From assembly GCA_035551355.1 (NCBI GenBank), contig DASZNF010000053.1, positions 7,129 through 71,128 of the forward strand: a stretch of 64,000 nucleotides of DNA. Reading direction: 5' to 3'. The notes beneath the pieces were generated by a model. The model did not search any database. It was not told where the DNA came from and saw only the letters and a list, made by a program, of their open reading frames with translations. Positions 38,365 to 46,223 of this stretch are shown here, piece after piece. Numbering within the stretch: the stretch's first letter is position 1; the number at the start of each line of letters is the position of its first letter. This DNA is from Pseudonocardiaceae bacterium. GTDB lineage: Bacteria; Actinomycetota; Actinomycetes; Mycobacteriales; Pseudonocardiaceae. Both the position numbers and the translations under genes were made by a program.

Positions 38365-38390
38365 CAATCCTATGCAAGACCATAGGATTG
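38365..38390. promoter_or_regulatory. Perfect 9-bp inverted repeat CAATCCTAT-N8-ATAGGATTG, a candidate operator
   Basis: Read directly. It lies 20 nt upstream of the hmgA start, in the divergent region shared with the amidase gene. Confidence 0.5.
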
Positions 38391-38435
38391 CCGGAGACCG
38401 GGGTCAACCCGGGACGGACGCGATAGGGTTCGATC

Positions 38436-39752
38436 ATGAGGTCGACGGCGATCGAGCTGGCAGAGGCGGTCCGGACCGGGGAACTCGATCCGGTGACCCT
38501 GACCGAGCGGACAGTGGCCGGGATCGAGGCGTCCAACGGGGTCCTCGGCGCGTTCCGCAAGGTGCGCGCGCAGGCCGCCGTGGCCGAGGCCGAGGTGCTG
38601 GCCAAACGCCCTGACCTCAAGGAACTCCCGTTGGCCGGGGTGCCGGTCGCGGTGAAGGACGTCGCCGAGATCACCGGCGAGTTCGCCGGCTGGGGCTCGC
38701 ACGCGATGCCCGAGGAACCGGCCATCGAGGATCACCTGATCGTGTCCAGGCTGCGCCGGGCCGGCGCGGTGCTGGTCGGCCTGACCCGGGTGCCGGAGCT
38801 GTGCATCTGGCCGATGAGCGACACCCCGGAGGGCGTGGCCCGCAACCCGTGGCAACCGGCGTTCACCGCGGGCGGCTCGTCCGGCGGGAGCGCCGCCGCG
38901 GTGGCCGCCGGGCTGGTGCCGATCGCGCACGGCACCGACGGGCTGGGCTCGGTCCGGCTGCCCTCCGCGATGTGTGGCCTGGTCGGCATCAAGCCGGGCG
39001 CGGACCTGCTGGGCGAGGAGGGCTGGTACGGCATGTCCGCGCACGGCAGCCTGGCCACCACGGTGGCCGACGCGGCCCTGCTGCTGTCCGTGCTGGCCGA
39101 CCGGCCGGAGCTGGCCGAGGTGGAGTCGCCGGGCAACCTGCGCATCGCGATGTCGACCCGGGTGCCGTTCACCCACGCGCCGGTCCCCCGGGCGTTCCGC
39201 AAGGCGGTGGCCCGGACCGGTGAGCTGCTCACCGAGGCCGGCCACGACGTGGTGTCCGCGACCCCGAACTACGGCACCGAGCCGACCCTGGGCATCCTGG
39301 CCCGCTGGTTCGCCGGTCCGGCCGAGCAGGCCGCGGGCCTGGACCGCGCGCAGTTGCAGCGCCGCACCCGGGCCTGGGTGCGCATCGGCCGGATGCTGCG
39401 GGCCGCGCGGCTGGTCCGGCCGGGCACCCGGACCCGGTGGCTGGCCCGAGCCGAGGCGTTCTTCGCCGACCACGACGTGCTGCTCACCCCGACGCTGTCC
39501 GCGATCCCGCCGAAGGCGGTGCGCTGGCACGAACGCTCGGCCATGGCCAACGCGCTGCCCTCGATGCGGCTGGGCGGTTTCACCGGGCTGTGGAACCTGG
39601 CCGGGTATCCGGCGATGACGGTGCCCGCGGGCCGGACCCCGCGCGGGCTGCCCATCGGCGTGCAGCTGGTGGCCGCGCCCGGCGGCGAGGCCCGGCTGCT
39701 GGCCGTGGCCGCTCAGTTGGAGGCAGCGAACCCCTGGCCCCGCAACCTTTAG
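38436..39752 (+). CDS. Amidase (amidase-signature family)
   Basis: Contains the AS signature GGSSGGSAAAVAAG and KD...G motifs. Length is 438 aa. Confidence 0.85.
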   Translation: MRSTAIELAEAVRTGELDPVTLTERTVAGIEASNGVLGAFRKVRAQAAVAEAEVLAKRPDLKELPLAGVPVAVKDVAEITGEFAGWGSHAMPEEPAIEDHLIVSRLRRAGAVLVGLTRVPELCIWPMSDTPEGVARNPWQPAFTAGGSSGGSAAAVAAGLVPIAHGTDGLGSVRLPSAMCGLVGIKPGADLLGEEGWYGMSAHGSLATTVADAALLLSVLADRPELAEVESPGNLRIAMSTRVPFTHAPVPRAFRKAVARTGELLTEAGHDVVSATPNYGTEPTLGILARWFAGPAEQAAGLDRAQLQRRTRAWVRIGRMLRAARLVRPGTRTRWLARAEAFFADHDVLLTPTLSAIPPKAVRWHERSAMANALPSMRLGGFTGLWNLAGYPAMTVPAGRTPRGLPIGVQLVAAPGGEARLLAVAAQLEAANPWPRNL

Positions 39753-39791
39753 CGCGCCGGCGACTGATACCCGGCCGCCCCGACAACGGAA

Positions 39792-40529
39792 TCACAGCCC
39801 GGCCAGTCGCGCCGCGTCGCCGAGGGCGGTGCGCAGCATCGCCGGGGTCACCCGGCCGGTGTTCACGTTGCGCTGGCTGGGGTGATAGCAGCCGACCAGA
39901 TGCAGGTCCGGGCCGCCGGCCGGGTCGGCGAACCGGACCCGCGCGCCGTGCCCGAACCTCGGTCGCGGCCGGACCACCGGCCAGCCCGCCTCGGCCAGCA
40001 TCGGCAGCAGCACCGACCAGGCGAACGCGCCCAGCGCCAGCAGCACCCGCACGGTGGGGCGCAACAGCTCCAGCTCGCGCACCAGCCACGGCCGGCAGGT
40101 GTCCCGCTCGGCCGGGGTCGGTTTGTTGTCCGGTGGCGCGCAATGGACCGGCATGCAGATGCGGGTGCCGATCATGCGCAGGCCGTCGTTCCGGTCGACC
40201 GAGGTGGGCTGCGAGGCCAGGCCGACCGCGTGCAGCGCGGCGAACAGCACGTCGCCGGACGGGTCGCCGGTGAACGCGCGGCCGGTGCGGTTGCCGCCGT
40301 GCGCCGCGGGAGCCAGCCCGACCAGCACCAGCGCGGCGTCCGGCGGACCGAAGCTGGGCACCGGTTTGCCCCAGTAGTCCCAGTCCCGGTAGGCCCCGCG
40401 CTTGGTGGCCGCGACGTGCTCGCGCCAGTCGACCAGCCGGGGACAGGCCCGGCAGCCGGTCACCGCATCGTCCACATCGGACAGCGCGGCCAGGCCGGAC
40501 GCCCGCGCGGCAGGATCGCTGCGTCCCAT
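39792..40529 (-). CDS. Uracil-DNA glycosylase, family 5 (UdgB-like)
   Basis: The Fe-S Cys motif GCRACPRL is present. Motif A reads GLAPAAHGGNRTGRAFTGD, the GLAPA form that I recall as typical of family 5 rather than the family-4 GEAPG form. Confidence 0.8.
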   Translation of the reverse strand: MGRSDPAARASGLAALSDVDDAVTGCRACPRLVDWREHVAATKRGAYRDWDYWGKPVPSFGPPDAALVLVGLAPAAHGGNRTGRAFTGDPSGDVLFAALHAVGLASQPTSVDRNDGLRMIGTRICMPVHCAPPDNKPTPAERDTCRPWLVRELELLRPTVRVLLALGAFAWSVLLPMLAEAGWPVVRPRPRFGHGARVRFADPAGGPDLHLVGCYHPSQRNVNTGRVTPAMLRTALGDAARLAGL

Positions 40530-40645
40530 CGCCGCATCATAACCAGCGGGCCACGGGCGGACCCAGGAGTCACGGCCGAATGGGCGCCAAAACGCGTTGA
40601 TCTCGGTGTTCCGCGGGACGCCGAGCGGGACGAGAATCCACCGGT

Positions 40646-41578
40646 ATGACGCTCACCCAGCTCAGCGCGTTCGTCCTGGTGGCCCGGTTGGGTTCGGTGC
40701 GGGCCGCGGCCAACGCGCTGGACGTGAGCGAACCCGCGGTGTCCCAGGCGTTGTCGGCGCTGCGCCACCAGTTCGACGATCCGCTGATCGAGCGAGTCGG
40801 CGGCGGGATGTCGCTGACCCCGGGCGGACAGCGGCTGCTGCCCATCGCCTCGCAGATGGTGGCGCTGGGCGCGGACGCGGACGCCGCGGTGCGCGCGGGC
40901 AGGGGCGCGGCCACCCAGCTGCGGGTGATCGGGACCAGCACCCTGGTCGAGTTCGTGCTGCCCTCGCTGGTGGACGCGTTCGCCGAGCGGGCACAGGCCC
41001 GGATCGACACCAGTTTCGGGGTGGCCGGGGAGGCCGAGATGCCGGTGCTGCTGGCCAACCGGATGGCCGATCTGGCCATCGGCCCCGACCTGTCCGGGAA
41101 CCGGACCGCGGAACTGTTCAGCGAGCCGGTGTGCCGGGCCAGGATGGTGCTGGTCGGGCCGCCCGCGCTGGGCCCGGACCGGACGCTGCTGGTGGATTCC
41201 TCGGGCACCGAGCAGACCAGCTCGACCCGGCGGCTGCTGCGCGCGCTGCGGGTGGCCGAGGAACGGGTGCGGGTGTTCCCGAACCAGACCGCGGCCTGGT
41301 CGGCGGCCGCGTCCGGCGCCGGGCTGGCGCCCGCGGTGGAGCACCTGGTGGCGGGCAGAGTCCGCCGGGGTGAGTTACGCGTGATACCCACCCCGGTGAC
41401 GCCGATGGAGGCCAGCTGGCACGCCAGCACCCTGCAACCGGAACGCCGGTCGGCGGCGGCCGACGCGTTCCTGCACTTCCTGCACACCGCCCCGGCGATG
41501 CGCCTGATGCGTGAACCAGGGGCCGGTGTGCGTCCCTCCCGCTTCCGGCCCCCGGTGTACGTGACGATCTGGAGCTAG
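40646..41578 (+). CDS. LysR-family transcriptional regulator
   Basis: The N-terminal HTH MTLTQLSAFVLVARLGSVRAAANALDVSEPAVSQAL is followed by a LysR substrate-binding-like C-terminus. Confidence 0.9.
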   Translation: MTLTQLSAFVLVARLGSVRAAANALDVSEPAVSQALSALRHQFDDPLIERVGGGMSLTPGGQRLLPIASQMVALGADADAAVRAGRGAATQLRVIGTSTLVEFVLPSLVDAFAERAQARIDTSFGVAGEAEMPVLLANRMADLAIGPDLSGNRTAELFSEPVCRARMVLVGPPALGPDRTLLVDSSGTEQTSSTRRLLRALRVAEERVRVFPNQTAAWSAAASGAGLAPAVEHLVAGRVRRGELRVIPTPVTPMEASWHASTLQPERRSAAADAFLHFLHTAPAMRLMREPGAGVRPSRFRPPVYVTIWS

Positions 41579-41739
41579 GAATCCCCCTGTTCGTCTTCAT
41601 CCGCTTTCGCGTGGTCAGGCACCCCCGGATTGGGGTCGCGGGCCAGGTCGATCAGCGGGTGCACACCGGCCCCCTCGGGCGCGGCGTGTCGCGAAGCGCC
41701 TTCCTGGGCAGGGGTTTCCGGTTCGCTGTGTCGAGACAT
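41575..41739 (-). CDS. Candidate small acidic protein (54 aa), below the ORF-track cutoff
   Basis: Hand translation gives MSRHSEPETPAQEGASRHAAPEGAGVHPLIDLARDPNPGVPDHAKADEDEQGDS. GAAGGAG lies 5 nt upstream of the ATG at 41739. GC3 is only moderate. Confidence 0.35.
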   Translation of the reverse strand: MSRHSEPETPAQEGASRHAAPEGAGVHPLIDLARDPNPGVPDHAKADEDEQGDS

Positions 41740-41883
41740 CGTGACTCCTTCTCCCTCTCAAAGCCAGACAGGTTACGTGTCGAAGATCCGTGCCGTGCCG
41801 GGGTCCTGGTTTTCAGTGGCGCAGGCCACGTAAGGCACCGAGGGGATCGACACACTGCGCGGCGGCCCGGCTACGGTGTGGCC

Positions 41884-42462
41884 ATGATGATCGGCGAGAC
41901 CACCCAGCGCAGCCCCGCGATCGCCGCATTGGTCGGGGCGAGTCTGCTGCTCCTGGTCGGCTGCGGGCCGATGAGCTCGGGCGCGGCGGGCGCGACGACC
42001 ACCAGCCCGCCGTCCTCGTCCTCGTCGGCGAGCTGCCAGCAGGTCGGCACGGTGAGCTTCGACAAGACCAAGTTCGTGCTGCACGCCGGACTGGCCTTCG
42101 GCGCGTTCCACCACTTCATCTACAGCCGGTTCACCTCCGGCGCGTTCCGCTCCGGTGCGTCGGGCCGGGTGAAGAACCTGATCGAGGCCGGACTGGCCGC
42201 CGCGTTCACCGTGCACGAGCTGAAGCTGGCCCATCAGGACGCCGAGTCCAGCCCCACGCTGTGCAAACTGGTCGCCCCGTTGGATCAGGCGGCCGCGGCG
42301 CTGTCCGGGATCACCGGCAAGGTGAAGTCCGGGGACGTGACCCAGGGCGATCTGTCCGGCATCAACGACAGCGTGGCCACCGCCGGGCAGAGCTTCGCCA
42401 AGGTGGGGGTGCCGGTGACCGACCAGATCCCCTCGACCGGTCAGCTGGCGAATCCGAACTAG
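41884..42462 (+). CDS. Putative lipoprotein (192 aa)
   Basis: A signal peptide with a lipobox LLLLVGC is followed by a Ser-rich linker and a helical domain. No family is recognised. Confidence 0.7.
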   Translation: MMIGETTQRSPAIAALVGASLLLLVGCGPMSSGAAGATTTSPPSSSSSASCQQVGTVSFDKTKFVLHAGLAFGAFHHFIYSRFTSGAFRSGASGRVKNLIEAGLAAAFTVHELKLAHQDAESSPTLCKLVAPLDQAAAALSGITGKVKSGDVTQGDLSGINDSVATAGQSFAKVGVPVTDQIPSTGQLANPN

Positions 42463-42556
42463 CGGCGACGGGCCGGCTTCTCCTGATCGGCCCGGTTTCC
42501 CTCGGTCGGCCCGGTTTCCCCGCTCCGCGGAGTCCGGGTCAGTGCCCCTGCTTCAG

Positions 42557-43204
42557 CTAGATGTTGGCCAGCAGGACATAGCGTTCGTCGGTGACCGGAC
42601 GGCCCCACAGGCGGGGGTCGTCCAGCAGGTCCACGTGCACCCGGCTGGCGATGGAGCTGACCACGGCGCTCAGCAGGCTGGCCGGGACTCCGGCCGACCA
42701 GGGCAGGCCGGGCTCGCGGGCGGCCGGGATCTGGCCGGCCGGTGGGTCCCAGCGGCCCTCCACCAGCACCAGGTGCCCGCCCGGGCGCAACAGGCTGACC
42801 CAGCGCAGCAGCGCGGTCTGCGGGTGCGGCAGCGTCCACAGCAGGTGCCGGGCCAGCACCACGTCGAATCTCGCACCGTCGACCGGCGGCTGGATGGCGT
42901 CGCCGACCAGCAGCCGCACATCGCGCCGGGCGAGTTTGCGCTGGGCCGCCGCGATCATGGCCGGGGACAGATCGATCCCGGTGACCCGGTGGCCCTGGTC
43001 GGCCAGCAGCAGTGCCAGCGACCCGGTGCCGCAGCCCACGTCCAGCACGTCCGCACCCGAGTTGGGGATCCACTCGCGCAGCCGGCCGGCCCAGGCGGCC
43101 CGCACGAGGGGGTCGGTCAGGCCGCGGTCGGGTGCGGTGTCGAAGGTGGGCGCGGCGGCGTCCCAGTTCGCGGCGATGATCGACGAGGCGGGCATGAAAT
43201 CCAT
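42557..43204 (-). CDS. Class I SAM-dependent methyltransferase
   Basis: Motif I VLDVGCGTGSLALLLA is followed by post-I and motif II spacing. Confidence 0.85.
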   Translation of the reverse strand: MDFMPASSIIAANWDAAAPTFDTAPDRGLTDPLVRAAWAGRLREWIPNSGADVLDVGCGTGSLALLLADQGHRVTGIDLSPAMIAAAQRKLARRDVRLLVGDAIQPPVDGARFDVVLARHLLWTLPHPQTALLRWVSLLRPGGHLVLVEGRWDPPAGQIPAAREPGLPWSAGVPASLLSAVVSSIASRVHVDLLDDPRLWGRPVTDERYVLLANI

Positions 43205-43271
43205 GGTGGCAAACGAAACCGCGCCCCGCTGCCCACTATCGGGCGATCCGGCCGCCCTAATGGTTGACGGC

Positions 43272-43547
43272 TCAGGCCGCGCCCGCTACCTCGTCGACGA
43301 CGATCGTGCCCACGCAGACGCAGCCACCCTCGACCTCGACGCAGTCCAGCAGCAGCGCGTGCCGGACCGGGTCGGCCGGGGTGCAGCCGGGCTCGGTGCA
43401 CTCGACCAGGCCGTCGCGGTGGATGATCAGCGTGCCGTGGCAGTGATCGGTGTCCGCGGCACAGTCCGGACAGGTGTGTGTCTCCACCGGGCTTTGGTAC
43501 CACCGCCCGCCACCCGACCCCGGTAGCGGGGTCGGCGTGTCGCGCAT
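43272..43547 (-). CDS. Small Cys/His-rich hypothetical protein (91 aa)
   Basis: Eight Cys and several His residues are present (CPDC...HCH...EC...GC...DC...GCVC). GC3 is high. The start is uncertain and no strong SD is seen. Confidence 0.5.
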   Translation of the reverse strand: MRDTPTPLPGSGGGRWYQSPVETHTCPDCAADTDHCHGTLIIHRDGLVECTEPGCTPADPVRHALLLDCVEVEGGCVCVGTIVVDEVAGAA

Positions 43548-43564
43548 CCGTAAGATGTGCCGGT

Positions 43565-44149
43565 TCAGGCGGTGCTGTGCAGCGCGCGACCAGCCTCCTG
43601 GTCGATTCCCCGGTCGGCGACGCGCCCGGCCGGCTGGCCGGTCTCGTCCCGGGTGGCCTGCACCGGAACCGGGTGCAGCCGCAGTACCCCGCTGGATTCC
43701 GTCGGCCGCCGCCGGCCGACCACGGTCACCGGGCACACCGAGTGCCGGGTGACGTAGCGGGCGGTGGTGCCGATCAGGGTGGCCGGCTCGTCGGCCAGGC
43801 TGCCCCGGCCGGTCGCGCCCACCACCAGCAGTTCGGCGTCCCGGCTCAGCTCCACCAGCGACTCCCCCGGCGCGCCCTCCACCACCGCCGCGTCCACCGT
43901 GTCCGGCGGCATGGCCACGCCGTGCAACGCCTCCGCGGTGCGTTCGGCCGCCTGCTCGGCCGAACGGGCCCGGTCGGCGGCCAGCACCTGCCGGGGATGT
44001 TCGGGCAGTTCGTCGTACCAGGGCACCGGGGTCCACACGTGGACCACCCGCACGTTCGCGCCGCTGGCTCCGGCGAAGTCCAGCGCCCACCGCAGGGCGG
44101 CCGAGGAGTCCACCGAACCGTCCACGCCGACCACCACGACCGCGGCCAT
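43565..44149 (-). CDS. Universal stress protein (UspA family) with about 50-aa C-terminal extension
   Basis: Contains VVVGVDGS and VVGATGRG...GTTARYVTRHSVCPVTVV. GAGGAG sits before the ATG. Confidence 0.85.
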   Translation of the reverse strand: MAAVVVVGVDGSVDSSAALRWALDFAGASGANVRVVHVWTPVPWYDELPEHPRQVLAADRARSAEQAAERTAEALHGVAMPPDTVDAAVVEGAPGESLVELSRDAELLVVGATGRGSLADEPATLIGTTARYVTRHSVCPVTVVGRRRPTESSGVLRLHPVPVQATRDETGQPAGRVADRGIDQEAGRALHSTA

Positions 44150-44341
44150 AGCGACTCCTCATCCGGCGCGTCGGTGCGTGCCTGGCTCGGACTGCCTGCA
44201 GAGCCAACTCTGGTCCGGCGCTGCCCGGGTCGTCAGGGCCGATGGTCAGTGCCGTCCGGGCCGGAAGACCACGCCTGCCGGACACTTGATGACCTAATGG
44301 ACCTTTGTCGGGGACTTTCGGCCGGGGCGGGCGCGCGCGGA

Positions 44342-44668
44342 ATGGACAAGCATCAACACATGAACAGGGACTGGACGACCCAGGATTCCACGATCGGGAA
44401 ACTGTCCGAGGAACAACGCTTCGCCGCCGTGCACACCGTCGCCGGACGAGCGCGGAACGCGGCGGACCTGGTGGAGCTGCTGGACGTTCTCGGTCTTTAC
44501 GCGGCCGACGGCCGTCCCGAGGCGTCGGCGCCGACCACCGAGGCGCCGGCGCGGCGTTTGGAAAGTCTGGAACGAATCCAGGAAATGGCGAACGAACTGG
44601 CCGATCTGCGCTCGGGCCACCGAATTCGGCGGGGCCGCCCCCGGGTGGACGCGGTCACTCCGCGATAG
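44342..44668 (+). CDS. Hypothetical protein (108 aa)
   Basis: This frame has the ATG at 44342 and better GC3 than the alternative frame. No family is recognised. Confidence 0.45.
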   Translation: MDKHQHMNRDWTTQDSTIGKLSEEQRFAAVHTVAGRARNAADLVELLDVLGLYAADGRPEASAPTTEAPARRLESLERIQEMANELADLRSGHRIRRGRPRVDAVTPR

Positions 44669-44727
44669 CGATCATCCCGCGCGGAACACCCGAATTCCGC
44701 GATTCGGCGAACCAAGCGGGTGCGCCG

Positions 44728-46155
44728 GTGGCGACCTACCCTGATCGGGTGGCCGACCTGACCGAATACCGGCGGCGCCGCGACCCGGCACGCACTCCCG
44801 AACCGGTGCCCGAGGATGGTCCGCTGCCCAGCGGCGGCAACGACGTGTTCGTAATCCAGGAGCACCACGCCCGGCGACTGCACTACGACGTGCGGCTGGA
44901 GCGGGACGGGGTGCTGGTGTCCTGGGCGGTGCCCAAGGGCCTGCCCGAGCACGGTGGCGCGGTGCGGCTGGCGGTGCACACCGAGGACCATCCGATGGAG
45001 TACGCCGGATTCGCCGGGGACATCCCGGGCGGCGAGTACGGCGCCGGGCACGTGGACATCTTCGATCGCGGCCGGTACGAGACGCTGAAGTGGAGCCGGG
45101 ACGAGGTCGAGGTGGTGCTGCACGGGCGGCGCACCGAAGGCCGGTTCGTGTTCTTCCGCCGGACGCGTGGTTCGAACGACCGGGACTGGATGGTGCGCCG
45201 GCGCAGCGATCCCGGCGCGGACGACGACCACGTGGACGATGACGGCGGGCCGATCTCGGTCCAGGTCGAGGATCGGCGGTTGCGACTGTCCAATTTGGAC
45301 AAGGTGCTGTATCCGGAGACCGGATTCACCAAGGGCGAGGTGATCGACTACTACCAGCGTATCGCGCCGGTGCTGCTGCCCCGGCTGGCCGGCCGGCCGG
45401 TGACGTTTCGCCGCTACCCCAACGGAGTCGACGCGCATTCGTTCTTCGAGAAGGACGTGTCCCGGCACGCGCCGGACTGGGTGCGCACCGTGCACCTGCC
45501 GACCCCGGGCAGCACCAAGGACAGCGAGTACGCCGATTTCCCGATGGTCGACGATCTGCCCACGCTGATCTGGGCCGCCAACCTGGCCGCCCTGGAACTG
45601 CACGTTCCACAGTGGACTGTCGGTCCGCGGGGCGGGGTGCGCGCGCCGGATCTGCTGGTGTTCGATCTGGATCCGGGCGCACCGGCCACCATCGTGGAGT
45701 GCGCCCGGGTGGCTCAGCTGATCAACGAGGCGCTGACTGCGGACGGGCTGACCGGATTCCCGAAAACCAGCGGCTCCAAGGGGATGCAGATCTACGTGCC
45801 GGTGCGAGTCAGCGCCGAGGGCCGCACCCGGGCCTATGCCCGCACGCTGGCCGACCGGCTGGCCCAGGAGCATCCGGAGCTGGTGGTCGCGGTGATGGCC
45901 AGGGCGCGCCGGGGCGGCAAGGTGTTCGTGGACTGGGACCAGAACAACCCGAACAAGACCACCATCGCGCCGTATTCGCTGCGCGCCCGCGACCAGCCGG
46001 CCGTGTCCACCCCGGTCACCTGGCGCGAGGTGAGCCGCTGCCGTGAACCGGCCGACCTGAGCTTCACCGCCGAGCAGGTGCTGGACCGGGTGTCCCGGCG
46101 CGGTGACCTGCTGGCCGGCCTGGACGACGCGGTCGCGCCGCTGCCCCGCGGCTGA
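44728..46155 (+). CDS. LigD-like fusion of a 3'-phosphoesterase (PE) domain and a polymerase/primase domain, with no ligase domain
   Basis: PE motifs: FVIQEHHARRLHYDVRLE, WAVPKG, HTEDHP, GRFVFFR. Pol motifs: LSNLDKVLYP, VIDYYQRIAP, FFEKDV, DLDP, KTSGSKGMQIYV, VFVDWDQN. The start is approximate. Confidence 0.85.
   Translation: MATYPDRVADLTEYRRRRDPARTPEPVPEDGPLPSGGNDVFVIQEHHARRLHYDVRLERDGVLVSWAVPKGLPEHGGAVRLAVHTEDHPMEYAGFAGDIPGGEYGAGHVDIFDRGRYETLKWSRDEVEVVLHGRRTEGRFVFFRRTRGSNDRDWMVRRRSDPGADDDHVDDDGGPISVQVEDRRLRLSNLDKVLYPETGFTKGEVIDYYQRIAPVLLPRLAGRPVTFRRYPNGVDAHSFFEKDVSRHAPDWVRTVHLPTPGSTKDSEYADFPMVDDLPTLIWAANLAALELHVPQWTVGPRGGVRAPDLLVFDLDPGAPATIVECARVAQLINEALTADGLTGFPKTSGSKGMQIYVPVRVSAEGRTRAYARTLADRLAQEHPELVVAVMARARRGGKVFVDWDQNNPNKTTIAPYSLRARDQPAVSTPVTWREVSRCREPADLSFTAEQVLDRVSRRGDLLAGLDDAVAPLPRG
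45605..45617. repeat. Copy of iterated 13-bp palindrome (TTCCACAGTGGAC, 1 outer mismatch)
   Basis: Read directly. This is the only coding copy in a different codon phase (GTT CCA CAG TGG ACT). Confidence 0.75.
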
Positions 46156-46177
46156 ATGCGACCATCGGGTTCGCTCG

Positions 46178-46193
46178 ATTGGTCTATACCTCC
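46178..46193. promoter_or_regulatory. DasR/dre-like box ATTGGTCTATACCTCC
   Basis: It matches 12 of 16 positions of the recalled dre consensus and lies 31 nt upstream of the GH20 ATG. Confidence 0.4.
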
Positions 46194-46223
46194 ATGCGAG
46201 CCAGGCGAGTAGAAGAAACAGCC

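Noticed and set aside
42487-42520. A direct repeat, TCGGCCCGGTTTCCC twice with a 19-nt period, between the convergent lipoprotein and methyltransferase genes.
   Set aside because: It is short, GC-rich and located in a 3'-3' spacer. It is most simply a small local duplication or part of a terminator region, and nothing else supports a function.
44308-44327. A DosR/DevR-like box (TCGGGGACTTTCGGCCGG) near the USP and hypothetical gene pair, prompted by the DevS-like GAF kinase and NarL regulator elsewhere in the window.
   Set aside because: Only the left half (GGGACTTT) matches the GGGACTWWAGTCCC palindrome. The right half is essentially unrelated.
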